DNA of 45,207 nt from Rhodospirillales bacterium (GTDB lineage Bacteria; Pseudomonadota; Alphaproteobacteria; Rhodospirillales; Casp-alpha2): assembly GCA_036011805.1 (NCBI GenBank), contig DASCOC010000043.1, forward strand, positions 1 through 45,207, read 5' to 3'. A program made the position numbers and the translations under genes. Below, one piece after another: positions 29,296 to 37,194 of this stretch. Numbering within the stretch: the stretch's first letter is position 1; the number at the start of each line of letters is the position of its first letter. The notes under the pieces are model-generated. The model did not search any database, was not told where the DNA came from, and saw nothing but the letters and a program-made list of their open reading frames with translations.

Positions 29296-29763
29296 TTATC
29301 GGTCAGGGTGAGGCACGATCAACAGCCGCGTCTTAAGGGAACGGGCCAGCGATTCCAGGTCCATGCGCGAACGGTAGCCCTCGGCGCCCTTGGGCCGGGG
29401 TGAGCCGATCACGCAAAGGTCGAAGTTGCCTTTCTCGCAGGCGTCGATCAGGCACGCGGCCGGCTTGCCGATCCGCACATCGTCCTTATAGGGGATGCCG
29501 TCGTGTTTGGCCCGATCGGTCAGGCGTTCGACTTCATCGGCAACCTCCTGGACCAGTTGGTTTTCAACGTAATTGCCGAAACGGATCTGGGTGACCGCGT
29601 TGTTGAGCCAGTCGTCGCCCATCATGCCCTTCCAGAAATCGGGAACGACCAACATATGATAGAGCGAAGCGCCGGTCTCGGCGCAGAGCTCGAAGGCCGC
29701 GTCCTCGGCGGCCCTGGCGCCGGGGGTGGCGTGGCTGGCGAGAATGATTTTCTTGAACTTCAT
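29296..29763 (-). CDS. Universal stress protein (UspA family)
   Basis: 155 aa. The N-terminus is KKIILASHATPG and the C-terminal region has DLCVIGSPRPKG and LLIVP. Confidence 0.8.
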   Translation of the reverse strand: MKFKKIILASHATPGARAAEDAAFELCAETGASLYHMLVVPDFWKGMMGDDWLNNAVTQIRFGNYVENQLVQEVADEVERLTDRAKHDGIPYKDDVRIGKPAACLIDACEKGNFDLCVIGSPRPKGAEGYRSRMDLESLARSLKTRLLIVPHPDR

Positions 29764-29820
29764 GGGACATTCTTAGCATAGCGAAGGGAGGATAGGGAGT
29801 TCGCAAAGTGGCCCGCAGGC

Positions 29821-29856
29821 AAAGAAAAACCCGGCGCCCGTAAGACGCCGGGTTTC
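29821..29856 (-). terminator. Rho-independent terminator after the YeiH-like / 57-aa ORF pair
   Basis: The stem is CCCGGCG (29830-29836) paired with CGCCGGG (29846-29852), flanked by an A-run and a T-run. On the minus strand the hairpin is followed by TTTTTCTTT. Confidence 0.6.
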
Positions 29857-29877
29857 TCTATTTACATCGCCCGTGCG

Positions 29878-30051
29878 TTAGTAATTAACGTAAACGAACA
29901 GGGCAACCGCCAACGCGAACAGAAGCGCTAACATGTCTTCCGCGCGGTCGCTGTGGAACAAAGAGAGCGTCGAACCACGATCAAACGCGGAATCCTCATC
30001 TTCATGATGGCTGGTATCCTGTGGGTCCTGTGAGCTGTTTTCTTCACTCAT
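29878..30051 (-). CDS. Unlisted small membrane protein (57 aa), acidic N-terminus plus one C-terminal TM
   Basis: My translation is MSEENSSQDPQDTSHHEDEDSAFDRGSTLSLFHSDRAEDMLALLFALAVALFVYVNY. A GGGAG SD sits 9 nt upstream of the ATG, and the ATG is 14 nt after the YeiH-like stop. The ORF falls below the track's size cutoff. Confidence 0.55.
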   Translation of the reverse strand: MSEENSSQDPQDTSHHEDEDSAFDRGSTLSLFHSDRAEDMLALLFALAVALFVYVNY

Positions 30052-30065
30052 TTTCCATACTCCCG

Positions 30066-31628
30066 TTAAATGGTTTCACGCACGAACAAGACGATCACGA
30101 TTAACGACGCCACGGCCTTCGTCGCGCCGACGATACCGCCGATCACCGCAGGCTGTCCGCCCGCTTGTTTCATGGCGGCTATGGTGATCTGCATACCGAG
30201 TCCGGTCAGGCCGAAGGCGAATAGAAGCGTGATCCATTGTCGGAACTTCTTGATCTTCCCCGCCGTGTGCCGAACCACCTTGGTCGCACCCTTGAGAACC
30301 TTATTGGCGCCTTTCGACATCACCTTGGAGTTGTAGATGCCGCGGATCAGGGTCTCGTCGCCGATGGTCATGATCTTCTTGTTTTGAATGAGCGAGGACA
30401 GGGCCTTCTTTTGGTCGTCGCGCTTCACTTTGTCGGCTTCGCCGGAAAGTGTCGCCAACTGTTTGTCCTTCAGCATCTTCGACGCCTTGATGTTGTTGTC
30501 GAAGTACTTGCCCTTGTAGTGCTGAGCCGGGGCAAAAACACCAGTCGAAGACAGGGCGAACATCAGGATGAAGCCGAGCACGAACAGCGGGAACTTTCCG
30601 ATGATCACTTTGCCGACGTCGACTTTCTGGCCTTCTATTTCGCCTTCGTGCTTGACGTACCACAGCGCGAGCCACAGCACGATGATCGGCAGGAACAGCA
30701 CCCGGGTGATGTTGAAGATCTCGGCGACCTTCAGCGTCTCGATGCCGTCGGGCTGGTAAGCCAGCGCCGCGCCCGCGACCTGCGCCGAATTCAAGATGCC
30801 GGTGCCGGCCCAGGCGCCGAACTGGATGTGACCGAGGTCGAGCATGTGACCGACGACCGGGAACAGGAACATGCAGCCGACGCCCCAAATCAGGATGGTG
30901 CCGATGGTATAGGCGATCTCGACCGCCTTGGCTTGGACCACCGGCGCCGCGGCCACTGTCGCCGACACCCCGCAAACCCCCATCCCGGCGGATAGTACCC
31001 CGCCCATGGAATTGGGTATCTTGCGCATTCGGCCCAGCCACAGCACCATGCCGACGGCGCCGAGCACGAAGATGCCGACCATGATCGCCGACAGCTTACC
31101 GAGAGATGCCAACTCGCCGAGGCTGTAAAGCGTGCCCAGCAGGATGACCCCGGTTTTGAGGCCGAGACGCGATAGCCGCACGCCGTTTTGGGCCCATTCG
31201 GGGATGCCGAACACGTTGACGATAATGATGCCGGCAAGGATGCCTAGCACCACATAGTTGAGGCCGAGCACACTATGTATAGGCTTGCCGCCCATCACCG
31301 GCCCCATGGCTTTGCTCAACACGGCGACGAACGGTGCGCCGTACCAACGTACGAGCATCGCCACAATAAGGATGAAAATCGCCCCGGCAATAGCGGACGA
31401 GTAATAGTCCAAGTTGCCTTCGTTGTGACTTCCAAACAGGTGCAAGGCGCCGATGACGATGGCGATGCTGCCGAAGGCGTACCCCATGCCAACCATTTCG
31501 GCGACATATTTTTTGGCTTTCAGATAACCGATTAAACCGGCCATATTGCCGGAATCCGCCATGAAGGCGATTGCGACAAAAATAATACCCATAATCAAAA
31601 GTGCTGGGTGTTTCTTGGTGTAGACCAT
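30066..31628 (-). CDS. YeiH/UPF0324-family membrane transporter (putative sulfate exporter family), extended form
   Basis: ATG 31628 follows AGGGGG. Blocks collinear with E. coli YeiH are SAGMGVCGVSATVAAAPVVQAKA, GAWAGTGILNSAQVAGA, KFPLFVLGFILMF and FAFGLTGLGMQITIAAMKQAGG. At 520 aa it is longer than typical family members. Confidence 0.85.
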   Translation of the reverse strand: MVYTKKHPALLIMGIIFVAIAFMADSGNMAGLIGYLKAKKYVAEMVGMGYAFGSIAIVIGALHLFGSHNEGNLDYYSSAIAGAIFILIVAMLVRWYGAPFVAVLSKAMGPVMGGKPIHSVLGLNYVVLGILAGIIIVNVFGIPEWAQNGVRLSRLGLKTGVILLGTLYSLGELASLGKLSAIMVGIFVLGAVGMVLWLGRMRKIPNSMGGVLSAGMGVCGVSATVAAAPVVQAKAVEIAYTIGTILIWGVGCMFLFPVVGHMLDLGHIQFGAWAGTGILNSAQVAGAALAYQPDGIETLKVAEIFNITRVLFLPIIVLWLALWYVKHEGEIEGQKVDVGKVIIGKFPLFVLGFILMFALSSTGVFAPAQHYKGKYFDNNIKASKMLKDKQLATLSGEADKVKRDDQKKALSSLIQNKKIMTIGDETLIRGIYNSKVMSKGANKVLKGATKVVRHTAGKIKKFRQWITLLFAFGLTGLGMQITIAAMKQAGGQPAVIGGIVGATKAVASLIVIVLFVRETI

Positions 31629-31957
31629 TTGTGACCCCCTAAAGCAATTGATGTGTTCCCCTAAAACGATATCGTTCCGTTGACTCAAAGAATCGGGACC
31701 GTGGGCGGTCTTGAAAAGCCGCTTGCCGCAAATAACCGCTAACCCTCCGGGCAGGATTGGGGAGAAAATAACCCCACCCGGAGAAGTCAACGGAGATATC
31801 ACGGTGAAAAAATACGAATTGAGTCCCGCTTAACCCCCTGTCACCCTTGAACGCCGGCGCTTGTATGGTGGCATACAAGGCGCATACGTCCGCCGGGTTA
31901 ATGTAACAACGCGCTGGGGAAGTGAATTATTCCCAAAAAAAGTAAGTTCTTTGCCCT

Positions 31958-31987
31958 GAAACGAAGAAAACCCCCATTACATGGGGG
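31958..31987 (-). terminator. Rho-independent terminator after the anti-sigma gene
   Basis: On the minus strand the hairpin is CCCCCA-TGTAA-TGGGGG followed by TTTTCTTCGTTTC. It lies 33 nt after the stop at 32021. Confidence 0.6.
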
Positions 31988-32020
31988 TTGGGCGAAAACC
32001 TTTTTTATGTGGGTATTGGT

Positions 32021-32821
32021 TTAAGTGAGACAGGGCGCACTTTTATCGCGGCTTTCGCGCAGCGCCGTACGGGTGTTTTTATCGAACGGAAGGTGTTGGC
32101 GGATGGTCCGGTGAACGCTTTCCGCCAGCATCCTGAAGCGGCCCGAGTCCATGCCGTCGGACATGATGACGTAGCCGAGCGACGCGGCGCGCCAGATAAA
32201 GCCTTCCATATTGCCATCGGGCGATGGTCTAAGCGTCTCGCCGAGGTTGTTAGGCACGGGGAAAACCGCCAACGAAATCTTACAACCACGGGTGCCGCGG
32301 TAGCCGACCAACAACGCCCGGCGGTTCCCGAAAAGCGGCTTCATCGCCGTGTGGACGATGGTCAACCGGGCAGCGGTCAAGTCGGGAACATACGCCTCGG
32401 GCATGGCGGCGACGTAATCGGCGTTGATCACCGCCGGGGACGCAGGAGTATCGATTGACCAAGTACGGTGCAGTTTCCAGGCTTGCTGCTGCATATCGGC
32501 GACGAGAGATTGGTCGATGCTGGAGACCAGAATGGAACCGGCGATAAACATCAAAAATGCGATGCTGGCGGCGATGGTACCACCGCGATTGATCATGGGC
32601 TCCGAGATATCAATGTTGACGGGCCCAGGGGCGTCAATGCTCAGGTCCGGCGCCTCGACGCTTTCGGCCAGGGCCGAACGCAAACGGGTCAGTGACGCGA
32701 CTTGGCTGGCCAGGGACTTATCCTCGGCGACGGCTTTGGCGACCTCGGCGGCGGCGGCTTTATCGAGTTCGCCGTCGACGTAGGCGTTGAGCAACTCAAA
32801 TGTGATAGGGCCGTCCATCAT
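32021..32821 (-). CDS. Anti-sigma factor (single-pass membrane protein)
   Basis: It starts 8 nt after the sigma gene stop. It has the N-terminal anti-sigma helix LLNAYVDGELDKAAAAEV and one TM segment, IAASIAFLMFIAGSILV. Confidence 0.75.
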   Translation of the reverse strand: MMDGPITFELLNAYVDGELDKAAAAEVAKAVAEDKSLASQVASLTRLRSALAESVEAPDLSIDAPGPVNIDISEPMINRGGTIAASIAFLMFIAGSILVSSIDQSLVADMQQQAWKLHRTWSIDTPASPAVINADYVAAMPEAYVPDLTAARLTIVHTAMKPLFGNRRALLVGYRGTRGCKISLAVFPVPNNLGETLRPSPDGNMEGFIWRAASLGYVIMSDGMDSGRFRMLAESVHRTIRQHLPFDKNTRTALRESRDKSAPCLT

Positions 32822-32828
32822 CTTATTT

Positions 32829-33347
32829 TTAATTCCTATTTCTCTTTTTCACCGGCAACACATGAATATTGCTGGCTTCGATCGCTTCCAACAGGGCGCG
32901 CCGGGAACGGCTGATGCGGCTCATTACGGTGCCCGTTGGAATGCCCAAGGTTTCTGCCGTTTCCGCATAGCTCAATCCGGCAATATCGACCAGGGCCAGA
33001 ATTTCACGTTGCGAAGTCGGCAATTTTGCCATTTCAAGCTTTACAGTCAATGAACTAATAAAACGTTCTTCACCCTGCCAAAATTCCATCTCGGGGTAAA
33101 AATTTAAATCTTCCATGGCCGAAGCGGCGGTTTTATTCCGCCGCAACTGGTCGAAGAAAGTATTTCTGAGGATGCGGAACAGCCAGGCCCGGTAGGCGGG
33201 CTCGTCCCTTGGGGTGTTTTTGGCCGACAGCGCCTTCACCGCACATTCCTGGACAAAGTCCTCGGCCTGGTGCGGGTCCCTGGCTAGGCTGAAAGCGTAG
33301 CCGTACAGCTTTTGCAGGTAGGTCTCGATCCTCGCTTGCTTGTTCAC
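32829..33347 (-). CDS. ECF-type RNA polymerase sigma-70 factor
   Basis: I prefer GTG 33347 (AGGGGGA SD; GC3 becomes coding-like only from here) over the track start 33398. Region 2 is AEDFVQE..YRAWLFRILRN and region 4 is LSYAETAETLGIPTGTVMSRISR. Confidence 0.85.
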   Translation of the reverse strand: MNKQARIETYLQKLYGYAFSLARDPHQAEDFVQECAVKALSAKNTPRDEPAYRAWLFRILRNTFFDQLRRNKTAASAMEDLNFYPEMEFWQGEERFISSLTVKLEMAKLPTSQREILALVDIAGLSYAETAETLGIPTGTVMSRISRSRRALLEAIEASNIHVLPVKKRNRN

Positions 33348-33390
33348 CGGAACGTCCCCCTGTTGCCTGTTTCCAGCCTCTCGACATCTT

Positions 33391-33520
33391 GGTGACACAG
33401 CAGAATTACTCGATATGATCTTTCACACAAGAGGGAATAGAACAAAATGACGAAACGCAGGAAAAACCGGCCCGAGGGCACGACCTGACCTATTGGCGCC
33501 AGACCGACAATGGGGATGGG
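33391..33520 (+). repeat. Chimeric duplicate: a copy of the cyclase gene 5' region (matches 34010-34106) joined to a copy of the holC 3' end (matches 28582-28624)
   Basis: 33445-33487 matches 34064-34106 at 41 of 43 nt, within a collinear ~97-nt similarity. 33479-33514 matches 28582-28617 at 33 of 36 nt. The two homologies overlap in CGA(C/A)CTG. Confidence 0.8.
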
Positions 33521-33537
33521 TCCAATCATCGATTGAA

Positions 33538-33575
33538 TACCATACCAGCGCGCCCATACCATACCAGCGCACCCA
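33538..33575 (+). repeat. Tandem 19-mer, two copies
   Basis: ATACCATACCAGCGCGCCC (33538-33556) is followed directly by ATACCATACCAGCGCACCC (33557-33575). They differ at one position. Confidence 0.9.
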
Positions 33576-33777
33576 GAGAAAATGGTTATTAATTTTTTAA
33601 AAACAATGGGTTGTCTCCGCCCATTCGATCTTTATTTGGTGATTGGTCTTGCCCCGCCCCACCAAAGGGTCCTGTTAACGCATATATGCCATTGGAGCAC
33701 ACTTACTTTAAGCGAAAAAAGCGGCACCTAGCCGCATCGTATGGATTTAAAAAACAATTACATCAGGGAGAGTTCAC

Positions 33778-33978
33778 ATGAGCAGGAAGACCAAATCTCA
33801 ATTGTCTAGCGAAGCGACACTACTCGCCGCCAAGAAGTTCACGCGGCGCACTATCGTCAAGAGCGCCGTGGCCGCCGGTTCGATCGCCGCCCCCGACTGC
33901 GGCCTCGGGATGCTCGACCGCAATAGGGTGATGGCCAAGCTTCGCAACATGTGCGAAGCCGCGCACAGCCTTGGCTGA
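33778..33978 (+). CDS. Small ORF (66 aa) with a twin-arginine-like signal motif; possibly a remnant or a small exported protein
   Basis: A strong SD (AGGGAGAG) sits 6 nt upstream. It has TRRTIVK followed by SAVAAGSIAAP, and GC3 is coding-like. Confidence 0.45.
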   Translation: MSRKTKSQLSSEATLLAAKKFTRRTIVKSAVAAGSIAAPDCGLGMLDRNRVMAKLRNMCEAAHSLG

Positions 33979-34065
33979 TTCCGGTCACATGGTTCCTATC
34001 CGGCATCCTGGTGACTTATGGGAATTACCCGATATGATCTTTTGCGCGATGAGGCTAGGGGTGAA

Positions 34066-35082
34066 ATGACGAAACGCTGGAAAAACCGGCCCGAGGGCTC
34101 GACCTGGGGCGATTGGGGCAACGACGATCAAAAAGGCCGCATGAACCTGTTGACGCCGGAACGCGTCAAGGCGGCGGTCGCCGAGGTCAGGGACGGACGC
34201 AGCTTCTGCCTCAGCCTGCCGTTGGACTTGCCGGGCGGCAACGCCGTTAATCCGAAGCGCCACCCGCCGCAATTTAAGCCCGTGTTCGTCGGCGACGATG
34301 TCTACTTTAACTATGTCTGGGACACCCATAAGCCCGGCGACATGGACGTTAGCTGCGACGAGGCGATCACGCTCTACAGTCAGTATTCGACCCAATGGGA
34401 TAGCCTGTGCCATATCGGTTCCAAGTTCGACGCCGATGGCGACGGTGAACCCGAACCGGTCTATTACAATGGTTTCCGTCCCGGCGAACACGTCGGCGGC
34501 ACCCCCGGCGACGGCAAATTGGGTGCCCGCGCGCTGGGCATCGAAAACATGGCCGAGGCTTGCGTTCAGGGCCGCGGCGTCATGGTCAACCTGCATGCCC
34601 ATTTCGGCGATGAACGCGTCGCCGTCGGCTATGATCAGTTGATGGAGGTATTTGCCATGGACGGTATCGACGTCGAAGAAGGCGATATGCTGACGCTCTA
34701 TACCGGTTGGGGCGATATGATCTTATCCATGGGCGGCGACCCGGATGCGGAGAAACTGCATAAATCGTGCGCCGTGCTCGACGGCTATGACGACAAGCTG
34801 TTGCAATGGATCACCGACAGCGGTCTTTCGGTGATCGTATCCGACAACATGGCGGTCGAAAGTTCCCACGGCGACGGCGACACCCAAGGGGGGCGATCGC
34901 ACCTGCCGATCCACCGCCATTGCCTGTTCCGCTTGGGCGTGCATTTGGGTGAGCTTTTTAATCTCGGCGAATTGGCAACCGAACTGCGCCGCCAGAACCG
35001 TTATCGCTACCTGTTGACGGCGCCGCCGCTCCGGATGCCGGGCGCCGTCGGCTCGCCGGTAACGCCGATCGGTACCATTTGA
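34066..35082 (+). CDS. Cyclase-family protein (putative cyclase / kynurenine-formamidase-like fold)
   Basis: I prefer ATG 34066 (after AGGGG) over 34018. The product begins MTKRWKNRPEGSTWGDWGNDDQKGRMNLLTPE and contains YSTQWDSLCHIG. Confidence 0.85.
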   Translation: MTKRWKNRPEGSTWGDWGNDDQKGRMNLLTPERVKAAVAEVRDGRSFCLSLPLDLPGGNAVNPKRHPPQFKPVFVGDDVYFNYVWDTHKPGDMDVSCDEAITLYSQYSTQWDSLCHIGSKFDADGDGEPEPVYYNGFRPGEHVGGTPGDGKLGARALGIENMAEACVQGRGVMVNLHAHFGDERVAVGYDQLMEVFAMDGIDVEEGDMLTLYTGWGDMILSMGGDPDAEKLHKSCAVLDGYDDKLLQWITDSGLSVIVSDNMAVESSHGDGDTQGGRSHLPIHRHCLFRLGVHLGELFNLGELATELRRQNRYRYLLTAPPLRMPGAVGSPVTPIGTI

Positions 35083-35085
35083 GCG

Positions 35086-36291
35086 ATGCCGGATTTCAAT
35101 CCCGACAACAAAGGTCCGTTGGACGGCATCCGCGTCCTCGACCTGACGCGCCTGATTGCCGGCAACATGCTGACCCTGCAACTGGCCGATTTCGGCGCCG
35201 AGGTCATCAAGATCGAAACGCCGGGAAAGGGCGACCCGCTGCGCGCCTGGCAGGATGACGGCATCGATTGCCATTGGAAGACCTACGCCCGCAACAAGAA
35301 AAGCCTGACCCTCAACCTGCGTGAGCCCGACGCCATCGAAATCCTATTGGGGATGGTCGAAGGCGCCGACGTCCTGGTCGAAAATTTCCGGCCCGGACGC
35401 CTGGAGGAAATGGGCCTCGGCCCGGATATCCTGCATGGGCGCAACCCGAAGCTGGTATTGGCGCGTATATCCGGGTTCGGGCAGACCGGCCCTTACCGGG
35501 AAAAGCCGGGTTTCGGGTCCCTGGTCGAGGCGATGTCCGGGTTTGCCGACCGCAACGGATTTCCCGATCGCGAACCGGTGCTGCCGCCGTTGGCCCTGGC
35601 CGATATGATCGCCGGGCTGTACGGGGCAATGGCGGTGATGATCGCGGTACGTGAGGTCGAAGTCAAAGGCGGTCGTGGCCAGATCATTGACCTGTCGCTG
35701 CTGGAGCCGATTTTCTCGGTCCTCGGCCCCGAGGCGATGACCCACATGGTTACCGGCAGGGTCAAACAGCGCATGGGCAGCGGATCGAACACATCATCGC
35801 CGCGCAACGCCTATGCCACCAAAGACGGTAAATGGATCGCACTGTCGGCGTCGATCCAGTCCATGGCCGAACGCGTGTTTCGGGTCATCGGCCGCGACGA
35901 CATGAACGACGATCCCCGTTTCCGCACCAACCCGGACCGGGTCAAGCACCGCGAGCTGGTGGATGAAATTCTCGGCAGCTGGATCAAGGAACGCGACCAG
36001 GCCGAGGTACTGGATATTTTTGAGAAAGGCGAAGTAACGGCGGCTCCCATTTACGATATTTCCGATATTATCACCGACGAACATTTTCGTGGCCGGGAAA
36101 TCCTGGTTGACCTGCCGGACAAGGACTTAGGCGAAGTTCCCATGCATAACGTCATCCCGCGGCTGTCGGAGACGCCGGGCGGCTTCCGCTTGGCCGCCCC
36201 GGAGTTGGGCGAACACACCGAGGCGCTTTTAGAGGAGCAGGGCATCGACGCCGCCGCTCTCGCGGCATTAAAAGAGAGGGGAGTTGTTTAA
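35086..36291 (+). CDS. Family III CoA-transferase (CaiB/BaiF)
   Basis: Motifs are GIRVLDLTRLIAGN and ADVLVENFRPG. 401 aa. Confidence 0.9.
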   Translation: MPDFNPDNKGPLDGIRVLDLTRLIAGNMLTLQLADFGAEVIKIETPGKGDPLRAWQDDGIDCHWKTYARNKKSLTLNLREPDAIEILLGMVEGADVLVENFRPGRLEEMGLGPDILHGRNPKLVLARISGFGQTGPYREKPGFGSLVEAMSGFADRNGFPDREPVLPPLALADMIAGLYGAMAVMIAVREVEVKGGRGQIIDLSLLEPIFSVLGPEAMTHMVTGRVKQRMGSGSNTSSPRNAYATKDGKWIALSASIQSMAERVFRVIGRDDMNDDPRFRTNPDRVKHRELVDEILGSWIKERDQAEVLDIFEKGEVTAAPIYDISDIITDEHFRGREILVDLPDKDLGEVPMHNVIPRLSETPGGFRLAAPELGEHTEALLEEQGIDAAALAALKERGVV

Positions 36292-37194
36292 ATGAGCGCC
36301 GCCGGCCTGGAAGAAAGACTCTTGGTCTGGCGTTCGTTGCTGTACGTTCCGGCTAACAATCAACGCTTCATCGACAAAGCCCACACAAGGGGCGCCGACG
36401 CCATCATCCTTGATCTTGAAGACAGCGTGCCGGCGGCGGAACGAGACCGGGCACGGGCCATGCTGGCGGATTCGGCGGCAAAGGCCAGCCAGTCCGGCGC
36501 CGATGTCGTTGTCCGTATCAACCGCCCCGACGCCGACGCCAAAAGCGATCTTGATGCCACCGTGATTGCCGGTGTCGATGCCCTGATGCTGCCCAAGGTG
36601 GATGATGCCAAGCATGTTCTGGCTTTGGCCGATGCGGTGGAGAAACTGGAGGGCGAGCGGGGCCTGGCATCCGGCGGGATTCGGTTTGTGGTCATGGTCG
36701 AAAGCCCGGCGGCGTTGTTCAAGGCCGACGAAATCGCCGCCGCCCACCCCCGCAATACCGCCGCCTTCCTCGGCGGCGAGGACTTCGCCACCGCCGCCGG
36801 CATGGTGCCCGACCCTGAAACCCTGTTCCTCCCCAAACTGATGACCATGTTCGCGGCCCGGGCCGCCGGGATCACGCCGTTGGGGATGCTCGGTACCGTC
36901 GCCGATTATCAGGACCTGGATGGTGTTCGGGAGATCATCCGGCGTTCGCGCAAGTTCGGCTTTGAAGGGGCGTCGTGCATCCATCCCAGCATTGTGCCGT
37001 TATTGAACCAGGAGATGGCGCCATCGGCGGAAGAGGTGGATCAGGCGCACCGCATTGTCGAGGCCTATGCGGCGGCGGAAAAGGAAGGCCTGGGTGCCAT
37101 CGCCGTTGACGCCATGATGGTTGATGTGCCGGTGGCCCGGCGCGCGGAAGCGTTACTGAAACGTCATGCCGCGATCAAGGCGCGGGACGCCTAG
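36292..37194 (+). CDS. HpcH/HpaI aldolase / citrate lyase beta (CitE)-like acyl-CoA lyase
   Basis: Motifs are LYVPANN and ADAIILDLEDSV. It abuts the CoA-transferase gene. Confidence 0.9.
   Translation: MSAAGLEERLLVWRSLLYVPANNQRFIDKAHTRGADAIILDLEDSVPAAERDRARAMLADSAAKASQSGADVVVRINRPDADAKSDLDATVIAGVDALMLPKVDDAKHVLALADAVEKLEGERGLASGGIRFVVMVESPAALFKADEIAAAHPRNTAAFLGGEDFATAAGMVPDPETLFLPKLMTMFAARAAGITPLGMLGTVADYQDLDGVREIIRRSRKFGFEGASCIHPSIVPLLNQEMAPSAEEVDQAHRIVEAYAAAEKEGLGAIAVDAMMVDVPVARRAEALLKRHAAIKARDA

Noticed and set aside
31629-31957. Assignment of the YeiH-like leader to a specific riboswitch class (TPP, cobalamin, SAM-II, fluoride, Mn2+ yybP-ykoY, guanidine, ZTP)
   Set aside because: None of the conserved core sequences I know for these classes is present. 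I report it only as an unclassified structured leader.
33351-33374. GGAAA-N15-CGTT ECF-like promoter motif upstream of the sigma gene
   Set aside because: The -10-like element ends only 3 nt before the preferred GTG start (33347), so it cannot serve as the promoter for that start. It is probably a chance match.
28625-33520. Reading the repeat-bracketed 4.9 kb as a classical integrative genomic island
   Set aside because: There is no integrase, recombinase, tRNA target or mobility gene, and no obvious compositional break. The reversed-order chimeric joint fits a duplication or rearrangement scar better. I kept it as a finding without the island label.
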